Both the position numbers and the translations under genes were made by a program. From positions 12,529-76,528 of the IMG/VR virus record IMGVR_UViG_3300044898_000031: 64,000 nt of DNA, one strand, 5' to 3'. Positions 17,419 to 26,203 of the stretch are shown here, piece after piece. The notes beneath the pieces were generated by a model, which saw only the letters and a program-made list of their open reading frames with translations, did no database searches and was not told the origin of the DNA. The DNA comes from a virus (Duplodnaviria; Caudoviricetes). Position 1 is the stretch's first letter. Each line of letters opens with the position of its first letter.

Positions 17419-18039
17419 ATGCGCGGACTCTTAGCAATAGAACCTTTATACCATCAGATCGTAAAAGGCGCAAAAACCCAAACTCGTAGGAGTGGATGTC
17501 TTGAAGAAGTGAATGTCAATCCTGACAATTGGGAGATAACCGGATATACGGGAGAAGAAAATCAGTTAGAAGAAGTTGACTTTTGTGATTACATGGATAC
17601 CCAACGTAATATCCATTGCAAACCACGATACAAAGTTGGCGAAGTACTTTACCTGAAAGAACCAATTACTATTATAAGCGGTGGCGTATCTGAAAAAGAG
17701 TTTCTTCTTTATAAGTATAATACAGCAGAAATCGATAGGTGTAATTTTAAATGGTCAAATAAACTATTTATGCCACAAGCTGACGCCCGTGCCTTTGTAA
17801 AGATCACTGGCATACGCTGTGAGCGCCTTTTGGATATAAGTTATACTGACGCTATATCAGAAGGAGTGCAATCAATGGGATACCACGGATGGAAAGATTA
17901 CCTTAAGCCGAATACCTTTGAACTAACTGCTATAGAAAGCTTTCTATCCCTTTACAAGTTCGCCAACAAAGTAAAAACCATTGATAATATTTGGGTATGG
18001 GTATACGAGTTCCAATATATTAAGGATTACAAAATATGA
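17419..18039 (+). CDS. ASCH/PUA-like domain phage protein
   Basis: 'GAKTQTRR...YKVGEVLYLKEP...FMP..ARAFVKITGIRCERLLDIS..DAISEG'. Confidence 0.7.
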   Translation: MRGLLAIEPLYHQIVKGAKTQTRRSGCLEEVNVNPDNWEITGYTGEENQLEEVDFCDYMDTQRNIHCKPRYKVGEVLYLKEPITIISGGVSEKEFLLYKYNTAEIDRCNFKWSNKLFMPQADARAFVKITGIRCERLLDISYTDAISEGVQSMGYHGWKDYLKPNTFELTAIESFLSLYKFANKVKTIDNIWVWVYEFQYIKDYKI

Positions 18040-18263
18040 GTAGTTTTCAAGTATGCCCTAAATGTAATGGCACAGGTAAACGGATCAATCCTGTACCTGA
18101 AACATCATGGTTGGCAGTAGTGGCTAATATTGGTATTACAATGCCATATTTTTATAAAGATGAAAATGGGGAACTAAAAGTAAAGCCGGTTGAAAACATC
18201 TGCCCTGTATGTAATGGTAAAATGATTATTTCAACAGAAACAGGTAAACCACCAATAGATTAA
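18036..18263 (+). CDS. DnaJ-type Zn-finger small protein
   Basis: CPKCNGTG ... CPVCNG. Confidence 0.65.
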   Translation: MSSFQVCPKCNGTGKRINPVPETSWLAVVANIGITMPYFYKDENGELKVKPVENICPVCNGKMIISTETGKPPID

Positions 18264-18268
18264 AACCA

Positions 18269-18490
18269 ATGAGAGGCGATAAACGACATATATTAAGAAC
18301 CTATAATATGCATTTGGAAATAATGTGGGAGGACTTAATAGCGTTGGAGTTTCCATTACTAAGAGGTATCAGAGTAATTATATCCAATGGTAATATAAAT
18401 ATTACATATTTAGGCGATCCTTATCCAAAAGAACAAATTACCAATAGGATAAATGAACTTATAAAAGAATTTAGCAATCCAGTAATATGA
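18269..18490 (+). CDS. Hypothetical protein
   Basis: 73 aa ORF. Confidence 0.5.
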   Translation: MRGDKRHILRTYNMHLEIMWEDLIALEFPLLRGIRVIISNGNINITYLGDPYPKEQITNRINELIKEFSNPVI

Positions 18491-19224
18491 GCCGAGTACC
18501 ATACACTATAGAGCAACTCAAAAAAATGGGTCTTGTTGAAAAAGACGGGCAATATGTTCAAGTTAAGTCATTAGTAGCTAAAAAAGTGGAAAAGTTGCCG
18601 TCTTTGATTGAACAGTGCAAGCCTTTTGTTGATAATATGACCGAAACTATAACCAAGATGCAGGTTATAATTGATAAGTCAGGGCCAGTTTTTGATAATA
18701 TAAAATTACAAAATAGGATTACTGAATTAAACGCTCAAGAAGCCTTTGATTTATTTAATAGAACAGGTTTCATGTTCGTTAAACCTAATCCAATTGAACA
18801 GTTTCTATTGCCCGATGGTACCCATGTAGATGTGCTTTATAGGTTTGACATAGAGCCTTGCCCCGCACCAAGAATGACCCAAAGCGACAAATGGAAAACA
18901 GACCCTTATCACACCGACCAATCTAAGCGTCAAAGAAAGCCCGTAGCGCAATATTTTGCCTTTAGGGATAAACTACTATCGCTCTGTCAAGAAAATGGCT
19001 ACAAACTCACTAATACGCTTAATATCCTATTTATAGTACCATTTCCTAAGTCCTACAGTAAAAAGAAACGCGAACAGTTAAACAACCATCCACACGATCA
19101 AAAGCCCGATATTGACAATTTTTGCAAATGCTGGATGGATAGCCTATCATCCAATGACTGTAAGGTCTGGAACATTAGAGCAATTAAACTTTGGGGGTAC
19201 AAAGGACAAATAATAATATTTTAA
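18487..19224 (+). CDS. rusA: RusA-like Holliday junction resolvase with N-terminal extension
   Basis: 'PAPRMT' and 'KPDIDNFCKCWMDSL..ND..VW' RusA catalytic pattern. Confidence 0.75.
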   Translation: MSRVPYTIEQLKKMGLVEKDGQYVQVKSLVAKKVEKLPSLIEQCKPFVDNMTETITKMQVIIDKSGPVFDNIKLQNRITELNAQEAFDLFNRTGFMFVKPNPIEQFLLPDGTHVDVLYRFDIEPCPAPRMTQSDKWKTDPYHTDQSKRQRKPVAQYFAFRDKLLSLCQENGYKLTNTLNILFIVPFPKSYSKKKREQLNNHPHDQKPDIDNFCKCWMDSLSSNDCKVWNIRAIKLWGYKGQIIIF

Positions 19225-19226
19225 AT

Positions 19227-19454
19227 ATGAAAGACAAACCTTTAATTGTTAGTGAAATGCTATCATCTCCAATGCGACCAACGGATTATATGTTTCCAAA
19301 TGCCACGATGACTATCATAACTGAACATAATATTGATTGTAAAAATTGCCTATATGGATTAGTAAAAAACTGGCTTGGAATAAGTAAGATTTGCCCTGTC
19401 TGCAATGGCACATATAGTATAGGGAAGTACACCACAACAACTATACTCAGATGA
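19227..19454 (+). CDS. Small Zn-finger protein
   Basis: CKNC...CPVCNG; ATG at 19227 preferred. Confidence 0.55.
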   Translation: MKDKPLIVSEMLSSPMRPTDYMFPNATMTIITEHNIDCKNCLYGLVKNWLGISKICPVCNGTYSIGKYTTTTILR

Positions 19455-19699
19455 AACGTAAGCACATCAAACAGTTTCAGGTAGTCCACTATCAAAAATC
19501 AGACGAACGTATCTTAGGATGCGTTATAAGGGCTATGCTCTCCCATTGTGGTCTTTGGACTAACGGAGAAAGAAAGTTTAAACGGTTTAATATATTTAAT
19601 GACGGGATATGATGAAAGACAAAATAAAATACTTTGGATTAAAGACTTTAATAATATTAATGGCTACGGCTGTTTATGATACTTTAAAAACTATAAATC

Positions 19700-19915
19700 A
19701 TGGAAAATCCTAAAACACACTTTTCATTCGGACTTATTTGTGGGGCAGCAAGTTTTATAGCCGCTCTGCTTATAGATAGCTATAAACCTGATTACAGGGA
19801 ACAAGTTCGCGCCAAAGACGCAGAGATAGGCCGCCTAAAGCTTGAAAACGAAATGCTTAAAGGCGATACTATTAACTACTTTACAGAACATAGCGAGATT
19901 GTTAAGGGTAATTAG
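19700..19915 (+). CDS. Membrane-anchored coiled-coil protein
   Basis: One N-terminal hydrophobic helix, then heptad-like region. Confidence 0.55.
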   Translation: MENPKTHFSFGLICGAASFIAALLIDSYKPDYREQVRAKDAEIGRLKLENEMLKGDTINYFTEHSEIVKGN

Positions 19916-20313
19916 GGTTTGGCTTTGGGATTACCGATAAGCGCACGACGTTTAAGAGTGTTAGACCGACTCCAATAATTTTCTTTGTTAAATGTAGCTT
20001 GATTTAATCCTTTATAATATTCTATATAATGTTTTTCAAGAGTGCCACCCCATCCATACGTAACGTCAATTACATTAAAAATAGGAGTCTTTCCAATGGA
20101 AATCATTGCTCTTATCCAAAACCCAACCGTGCTTTTTGCGTGCCTATGGCAGTAAAATCTTTCGGAGAAATTAAAGGTTTTTCCTACGTAAACGACAAAT
20201 CCATTATAGGGGCAACAAATAGTGTAAATATATTCAGGAACAAAAGGCACTATAAGCCCATTGCTCATATATTCCCATTTTTTGGGAAAGCCAGTTTTGG
20301 GTTGATTTATCAT
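19912..20313 (-). CDS. GIY-YIG nuclease
   Basis: 'YIYTI...YVGKT..FSERFYCH' and 'LEKHYI...FN'. Confidence 0.7.
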   Translation of the reverse strand: MINQPKTGFPKKWEYMSNGLIVPFVPEYIYTICCPYNGFVVYVGKTFNFSERFYCHRHAKSTVGFWIRAMISIGKTPIFNVIDVTYGWGGTLEKHYIEYYKGLNQATFNKENYWSRSNTLKRRALIGNPKAKP

Positions 20314-20474
20314 TTTTTATCCTGTTTCGGTATTTCAATATTTAAACGCTTGGCGTTTTTTTTAATCCAGTGTTCGACCAGGTTGCCCTGCGATCTGCCT
20401 TCATGCTCGGAGATTTGTTCCAATACCGGCTTTAGATTTTCTTCAATTTTTACAGTTAACATTTTTTTTGCCAT
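20310..20474 (-). CDS. Ribbon-helix-helix protein coupled to the GIY-YIG gene
   Basis: 54 aa MAKKMLTVKIEENLKPVLEQISEHEGRSQGNLVEHWI; ATGA overlap; TATATTTG 3 nt upstream. Confidence 0.75.
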   Translation of the reverse strand: MAKKMLTVKIEENLKPVLEQISEHEGRSQGNLVEHWIKKNAKRLNIEIPKQDKK

Positions 20475-20547
20475 GCTCAAATATACGTATAAACGAAGTA
20501 TTTACTGATAAATAAAAAATAATTTAAAAAAATATATTCAAAAAGTA

Positions 20548-20577
20548 TTGACAATGTACATATTATTTGTATCTTTA
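20548..20577 (+). promoter_or_regulatory. Rightward promoter, back-to-back with the RHH promoter
   Basis: TTGACA-N16-TATCTTTA. Confidence 0.55.
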
Positions 20578-20609
20578 CATTGCCATTCAATAAAGGATGA
20601 TATTAAAAG

Positions 20610-21038
20610 TTGCAAAAGATGAGAACAAGATACCAAATACAATCGGCAATTGGCGCATGTCGCGGGCGAATAGAAAACGGCGCTGATTTGAAAAATGCAT
20701 TCGCTGATTTATTAGATGATATATCTGATATTTATGCAGGTGCGAGTATTTATGAATCACAAGATGGCGAAGACGGGCATTTGAGCGATTGCGCATGTCA
20801 CAATGAGCCAAGCAAACCAAATGAAGCATGTTCATGTGGTTTCGAACCGTCTCCAAATGTGGAATTTGAAACCCAATACCAATTGGAGCAATTTAGAGAA
20901 ATTGAAGGTCAATACTTTGACGAATATAATATACACTACGCAGGAACGCAAATGGATCGTAATTGCGCTCAAAAGATGCTTAATCTTATTAATCAAATGG
21001 AATATGAAATAAAAAAACATGCAAGATTTTATAATTAA
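20610..21038 (+). CDS. Hypothetical protein
   Basis: 142 aa; CxC motifs. Confidence 0.55.
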   Translation: MQKMRTRYQIQSAIGACRGRIENGADLKNAFADLLDDISDIYAGASIYESQDGEDGHLSDCACHNEPSKPNEACSCGFEPSPNVEFETQYQLEQFREIEGQYFDEYNIHYAGTQMDRNCAQKMLNLINQMEYEIKKHARFYN

Positions 21039-21267
21039 CCATATCAAACGAAAATGGCTTGCTATAGTAACCTGTTTCCTGATTGGCACTGCATTTATTT
21101 GTGCTGTATTAACTGTAATTAATCTTAGTAGGTAATTTATATTAAAGATGATGATATAACCAATAGCAATGACACTGAGCTACCTGATTATAGAAAAAGG
21201 CAAGCATTTGCAAATCTTAAAAAAATGTTAACAATCAAACAAATAATAAGTCACTAAAACAAAAGAC

Positions 21268-21507
21268 ATGAAAACACAAGCAAATGACAGTATTAACCCC
21301 CAAATTGAAACTATAGAACGCGCTGGCGAACAATTTTACACAGACATTTTTAGTACAGGCGGTCTCACTAAGCGAGAGTACTTTGCTGCTATGGCCATGC
21401 AGGGAATATTAGCGAGTTCAGCAGATAGAGGCGAAACAGCAGCAGGTAATATGGCAGTTAAGTTTGCAGATGCTATTATCCAAGCCCTTAACAAAGACGA
21501 GAAATGA
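21268..21507 (+). CDS. Conserved-type small phage protein
   Basis: 'GGLTKREYFAAMAMQGILA...AVKFADAIIQAL' widespread phage motif. Confidence 0.7.
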   Translation: MKTQANDSINPQIETIERAGEQFYTDIFSTGGLTKREYFAAMAMQGILASSADRGETAAGNMAVKFADAIIQALNKDEK

Positions 21508-21767
21508 AAACAAAGCTTTTACGTAAATTCAGAAAGCGATTTAAGTTCACCGATATACACGGGTATTGGGAAATGCTTGATAAGCATACTAATATTATTT
21601 ACGGCCCGGAATGGGGTTATTGCAGAAGCAGGTATTCAGTAAAAGAATATCTTTATTTCAAGGCTATAGCATTACTAATAGGTAATGAATACTGGAAAAG
21701 CGATAGGCTTTTAAAGAAAAGTAAAAGGCGCAGGTTATTTCATATTAAACAGATTAAATCAGCATGA
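21504..21767 (+). CDS. Basic hypothetical protein
   Basis: 87 aa, ATGA coupled. Confidence 0.55.
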   Translation: MKTKLLRKFRKRFKFTDIHGYWEMLDKHTNIIYGPEWGYCRSRYSVKEYLYFKAIALLIGNEYWKSDRLLKKSKRRRLFHIKQIKSA

Positions 21768-22360
21768 AAACATACCAAATCATAGTAAAGGACGGTAAGG
21801 GCAGACCTGTAAATCCGTATCAAAGGTTAATACCAAGATCGGATAAATATCCAAACGAGAATATAGTTAATCCAGATTGGACGATGTTTCAAGAAAACGA
21901 ACCATGGTTATCGACCGATAACATTCCAGACACCTCAATAGGTGAACCAATTATGGCGTATTTACAATGGCAATATAATAAAAATAATGGCACGCCGAAT
22001 GGTAAATGGGTCAATATACCTACTACCGACAAGGTTTCATATTATAAAGATATTCCTACCCGTCAAATATGGGTAGCTACCCCCGAATCAAAACAGGTAG
22101 AATCTAAGTTCGGAGAGTGGGTGAGTAAAATTAGGACTAAAGCCATTGAGGTAATAGTTAAGCAAATGGGCGATTTGGATTACATGCATTTTCCTCTAAG
22201 GAAAGTAGCATACCTCAAATCATTTGTATCTAATCCGGTAACTTCTAATTACGCCACTAAGGGCAATTTAGAATTATGGTCAACTGATAGCTTATGTGAA
22301 TTAGCAGATTATATTAATTCTCTTCCCTCACCACCAAATACAGTTAAGAAAGGAGAATAA
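21764..22360 (+). CDS. Hypothetical protein
   Basis: 198 aa, ATGA coupled. Confidence 0.6.
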   Translation: MKTYQIIVKDGKGRPVNPYQRLIPRSDKYPNENIVNPDWTMFQENEPWLSTDNIPDTSIGEPIMAYLQWQYNKNNGTPNGKWVNIPTTDKVSYYKDIPTRQIWVATPESKQVESKFGEWVSKIRTKAIEVIVKQMGDLDYMHFPLRKVAYLKSFVSNPVTSNYATKGNLELWSTDSLCELADYINSLPSPPNTVKKGE

Positions 22361-22660
22361 GAGGTGATGAAATTCTTTAAAATATATTGGCCCAATATAA
22401 TATTTGCGGCAGCCGTATTGGGACTTATATGGGTAGTGATTTTTATGATGTCTGATAAACAATATGAACTTAAGTAACCACATGACAAACGAATAACTAA
22501 TAGAAAGGATAATAACTGATGAAACGTTCATATTATTTACTGATAATAGCATTGATGATTATGTCATTCTTATTAGGAGTTATACTTACTCCTATTATAA
22601 ATCAGTTGATTTATGGTAAGAGAAATATTTACATTGAAGTAAAGCATTAATTCATTATAA

Positions 22661-22843
22661 ATGGTACTAAATAAAGAAGAATTTATTCAACAATACGTTA
22701 TTCAGTATGTAGCTTTGAAAATGTCACGAGTTAATCGCTATGAAGTAGTTAATGGTGATATTGTAGAAAGAAATACATTGATAGCAATGAGTGAAGCAGA
22801 AGAGATTTACAATAAACTATATTCATTAAAGATAGGATCATGA
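22661..22843 (+). CDS. Hypothetical protein
   Basis: 60 aa ORF. Confidence 0.5.
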   Translation: MVLNKEEFIQQYVIQYVALKMSRVNRYEVVNGDIVERNTLIAMSEAEEIYNKLYSLKIGS

Positions 22844-23265
22844 ATGAACAACCAAAAGCTGAAACAGTTGAAGAAGCTGCAATCATAATTTACAATGAGA
22901 AGTACGGAGACAAATCCGATACCGCTGAAATAGAACATGCTTTCTTTTCTGGGTTTAAGGAATGTTCAATTTGGCAATCCCAACAACCCCTCACCGAAGC
23001 CCAGGTAACAGAGATAGATTATAAATTATTCGATGCCTTTATTCACTGCTTGTTAATTAGTGGTGCACATACAATTGAATCATTGAGATCGAAGGATAAA
23101 GAAACAGTGATTGAGGCATATAAATATTGGCTTAAAGAATTACCAACTGGGCTTTTGTCCATGCAAGATGAAATAGTTAAACACCATGTCCGTCCAATTC
23201 AGGAAGTCTTAAATAATGCTGAAGATCGTTGCAAAGGCTTAGGGCTTAAGATTCAACCCCACTAA
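22840..23265 (+). CDS. Hypothetical protein ('KAETVEEAA' N-terminal module)
   Basis: 141 aa; N-terminus resembles that of 16499. Confidence 0.6.
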   Translation: MNEQPKAETVEEAAIIIYNEKYGDKSDTAEIEHAFFSGFKECSIWQSQQPLTEAQVTEIDYKLFDAFIHCLLISGAHTIESLRSKDKETVIEAYKYWLKELPTGLLSMQDEIVKHHVRPIQEVLNNAEDRCKGLGLKIQPH

Positions 23266-23281
23266 AACAACATAGTAAACA

Positions 23282-23641
23282 ATGGAAAATAAATTAACTA
23301 AAAAAGAGGCGTTAGAACAAGGTTTTACGCTGTGCGGAGACGCTGATTCGGAATGCCAATCATTAATGGAAATTTCAGATATAGCAGATGAAGATATTAC
23401 TTACCGAACTTATATCGCAGCCAAAGAGCCTATATTCCCGGAAATATCCGAAGACGAATTAAAAGAAATTGTTACTGACCACATTGTAGATAAATGGATG
23501 GGTAAAGTAGGTGATGAAATGGGGTTATCAATTTATTTGGAAGAATTTGATTTTAAGCCGTTCTCGGATGCCTTGAATAAAAAAATCGGTGAAACCGATT
23601 GCGCTTGGTATCCATTAACCGAAATCCAACTTATACCATAG
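23282..23641 (+). CDS. Acidic hypothetical protein
   Basis: 119 aa, strongly Asp/Glu-rich. Confidence 0.6.
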   Translation: MENKLTKKEALEQGFTLCGDADSECQSLMEISDIADEDITYRTYIAAKEPIFPEISEDELKEIVTDHIVDKWMGKVGDEMGLSIYLEEFDFKPFSDALNKKIGETDCAWYPLTEIQLIP

Positions 23642-23677
23642 CCGCCATTAAAAAGGCTGAATAAATAATTAAAGATT

Positions 23678-23869
23678 ATGACATTAATAAGCGAAGATCA
23701 ATTTCAGAAAAAGTACGGATTGGATAGACGAACATTCGATTTCTCAAATCCTAGAACATTTACAAAATCTATTCAAGCTTTACGCCGTTTATCAGAAGAT
23801 GAGCGACAGGTATTAGAAGAACTTATTTGGATGTGGGAAGAAAATAAATTTAACCATGAAACAAACTAA
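23678..23869 (+). CDS. Hypothetical protein
   Basis: 63 aa ORF. Confidence 0.5.
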   Translation: MTLISEDQFQKKYGLDRRTFDFSNPRTFTKSIQALRRLSEDERQVLEELIWMWEENKFNHETN

Positions 23870-23987
23870 ACAACCCTCCCTCACCCCATTCTACATTTTA
23901 TGCGAATTACTCATTATATCAATGCTTAGTTGCGCTATATTTGTATTAACTTATTCAAATTATTAACTTTAAAACAAAACAAACATT

Positions 23988-24506
23988 ATGAGCTTTGGAA
24001 CATGGATAACTAAGGTTATCAACTCAATCGGAAACTTTGTATCAGGCGCAGTAAAAGCCGCACCTACAGTAATTGTAAATGTAGAACACGCGCTTGAAAC
24101 AGCGGCACAGGTATCAAGCAATCTTGTGAATGCTTTAAAATCATGGATTGCCACACCAACAGGCACTTTGGTGAAAGACGTTATTGAAACCGTAGTACCT
24201 GCCCAATGGATAGAGGGAGTGCTTAACTTTTTGCCAACTATTTTACAGGATTTAGGATGGGCGCAGGCAGAGTTTAATAAGTCCCCTGCACAAATCGTTC
24301 AGGACGGCATTACATACGCTACAAGCTCATCAAATCCAAATGTGGTAGCAACTAACCTTGCAACGCTTGCTGCTCATATAAACACGCATATTGGCTCTGT
24401 ACAGGGTGTAGATATTCCCATTCAGGCATCATTATCTCAGGCTCACGTTGTTTATTTAGGATTACCCGGGGCTGATACTACGGTACAGGATACCCCAAAC
24501 GCATAA
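23988..24506 (+). CDS. Amphipathic helical protein of unknown function
   Basis: 172 aa; N-terminal amphipathic helix 'FGTWITKVINSIGNFVSG'. Confidence 0.65.
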   Translation: MSFGTWITKVINSIGNFVSGAVKAAPTVIVNVEHALETAAQVSSNLVNALKSWIATPTGTLVKDVIETVVPAQWIEGVLNFLPTILQDLGWAQAEFNKSPAQIVQDGITYATSSSNPNVVATNLATLAAHINTHIGSVQGVDIPIQASLSQAHVVYLGLPGADTTVQDTPNA

Positions 24507-24579
24507 GCCAGTGGTATATACGGGCATAGAACTGGATTAAAAAGAAACTACATGTGATGTAGTGTTAATTGTGGTTAGT

Positions 24580-24607
24580 AAGCCGGGTTTGGTCGCCCGG
24601 CTTTTTT
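24580..24607 (+). terminator. Intrinsic terminator
   Basis: AGCCGGG-TTTGGTCG-CCCGGCT-TTTTT. Confidence 0.85.
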
Positions 24608-24793
24608 AAACTTTAAAATTATGATTGAAAACCCGCCGATGGAGTCCTTAATCTATTTTTTCAACTATCACAAAAACTTAGCTAAAGAAGCCTTTGTAAT
24701 ATATAATGATATGGCAGATGCTTATTTTATTCATGATTACCACATGGAACAGGCTGAAAAGTACGAGAAGGAAATTTTGAAGCAATTGTAAAC

Positions 24794-24830
24794 AAAAAAA
24801 GCAGAGTAAGCCTCGCGCTCCCCTGCTTTT
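24794..24830. terminator. Bidirectional terminator at the early/late convergence
   Basis: A7-GCAG...CTGC-T4 between convergent operons. Confidence 0.6.
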
Positions 24831-24852
24831 ACATCTGCTTATGAAAAAAAAA

Positions 24853-25137
24853 TTATGAATTAATCCTTATACCCCAAAAGTCTTCTGCCTTTTGCAATAT
24901 CAATACCAATACTCCCATGTATTCCAATATCTGCTTTTTAGCATCTTCGGGTATTTCAGATATGCCATTTGCAACCAGTCCTACAACGATTGTAAAGAAC
25001 GTTATCATTTTAAATATGGCTTTTATCTTATCGGGTGTAGGTAAGCTGAGTGCGCTTATGCCAACTACTGTTTTTGTATCGGATACATCCGATACTACTG
25101 GCTGCTGCGCTATTACTGGTTCGTTTTGATCTGCCAT
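24853..25137 (-). CDS. Putative holin
   Basis: 94 aa, two TM helices, directly after the lysozyme gene. Confidence 0.65.
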   Translation of the reverse strand: MADQNEPVIAQQPVVSDVSDTKTVVGISALSLPTPDKIKAIFKMITFFTIVVGLVANGISEIPEDAKKQILEYMGVLVLILQKAEDFWGIRINS

Positions 25138-25149
25138 TTGTGATAATTT

Positions 25150-25596
25150 TTAACTAATATACAAATTATATTCTGCCTTTCTCCTGTCAACCAAGTCCTG
25201 CAATATCTTACCATCTGCCTTGTTCCATGCATACCATGCTTTTTGCAAATCGCCCTGTTGTCCGTTGATGATCTTAAGCAGCGTTGAACTCCGAAACCCG
25301 GAAGTTCCGATATTGTATACTAAACTAAACAATGCATCAAACTGATTTTGTTTAAGTATTGGCTTTGTCCAGTAAGCCACTGCATGGGAGTATTGTCCGG
25401 AAGTATTATTGAATAGTTCACGGGCGCGTTCTATGGTTATTGGCGGGTCGGTTATCTTTACATGTTCTCCATTTTCGTAATACGTAGACCCGTAGCCGAT
25501 AGTAGGTATGCCAACTTGGTCAAGGTATGGGTGTAGTACAAGCCCTTCTTGTTGTTTAATGAAGTTAAATCCTGCTTCGCTTAAAGTCGTTATCAT
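25150..25596 (-). CDS. Endolysin, GH24 lysozyme
   Basis: E-x8-D-x5-T triad: 'QQEGLVLHPYLDQVGIPTIGYG'; 'NQFDALFSLVYNIG'. Confidence 0.92.
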   Translation of the reverse strand: MITTLSEAGFNFIKQQEGLVLHPYLDQVGIPTIGYGSTYYENGEHVKITDPPITIERARELFNNTSGQYSHAVAYWTKPILKQNQFDALFSLVYNIGTSGFRSSTLLKIINGQQGDLQKAWYAWNKADGKILQDLVDRRKAEYNLYIS

Positions 25597-25802
25597 GCCG
25601 CTAATTCAAATTGTAACTCTTTATATTCTTTTTTCTTTTTCCAATTAACTTTCATCTTTTCCGCATGGCAGCACCAACATGAACAAGGTTTGCCATGCGA
25701 CCTAAAGCAGTAAAATTTGCCAACTGTATTAGTCAATCCATAATTTTTTAACCGCTTTTTATACTTCAGCATTTTCAATTCATGCCGTCTTGCTTTGTTC
25801 AT
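25593..25802 (-). CDS. Small basic protein with CSCxxC motif
   Basis: 'KPCSCWCC'; ATGA coupled to the lysozyme gene. Confidence 0.55.
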   Translation of the reverse strand: MNKARRHELKMLKYKKRLKNYGLTNTVGKFYCFRSHGKPCSCWCCHAEKMKVNWKKKKEYKELQFELAA

Positions 25803-25905
25803 CTATTCGCCATTATAATCTTTACATTAAAAAATATCGCTACTAAAATAATGTAGTACCAAGAAAAGTTGTGGATGGCAAGCCGTCTAAACTTGTGATC
25901 ATTAT

Positions 25906-26086
25906 TTATTTATTTATTTTCATCATTGATGCACCCCATATGACCAGACCTAAAAGCGCTATAGCGAATACTATGAAGTTAATGCTCATTTTATGCAATA
26001 ATAAATAAAAAGATAGATATTATTAACAGGGCTGAAACAGCTAACCCAACATACCAGTCATCTGCCTTTTCCTTATTTAATTTCAT
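25906..26086 (-). CDS. Two tandem single-pass membrane microproteins (25991-26086, 31 aa; 25906-25989, 27 aa)
   Basis: MKLNKEKADDWYVGLAVSALLIISIFLFIIA and MSINFIVFAIALLGLVIWGASMMKINK; TATATTTA box upstream. Confidence 0.5.
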
Positions 26087-26116
26087 GCATTAAATATAAT
26101 AAGATTATTTTCAAAT

Positions 26117-26147
26117 AAAAAACCCCAACGCTCGCCGTCAGGATTTT
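26117..26147 (-). terminator. Intrinsic terminator after the beta-helix/Ig gene
   Basis: Minus strand AAAATCCTGACG-GCGAG-CGTTGGGGTTTTTT. Confidence 0.75.
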
Positions 26148-26203
26148 CATCTACCTATCTTATTACCAATTAAAGCTACCGCATGATACGGCCTGCTGTG
26201 AAG

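Noticed and set aside
25901-25920. (TAAA)n microsatellite as a phase-variable switch for a membrane peptide
   Set aside because: Only about 4 units in very AT-rich sequence; restoring a longer ORF requires losing two units; no supporting evidence.
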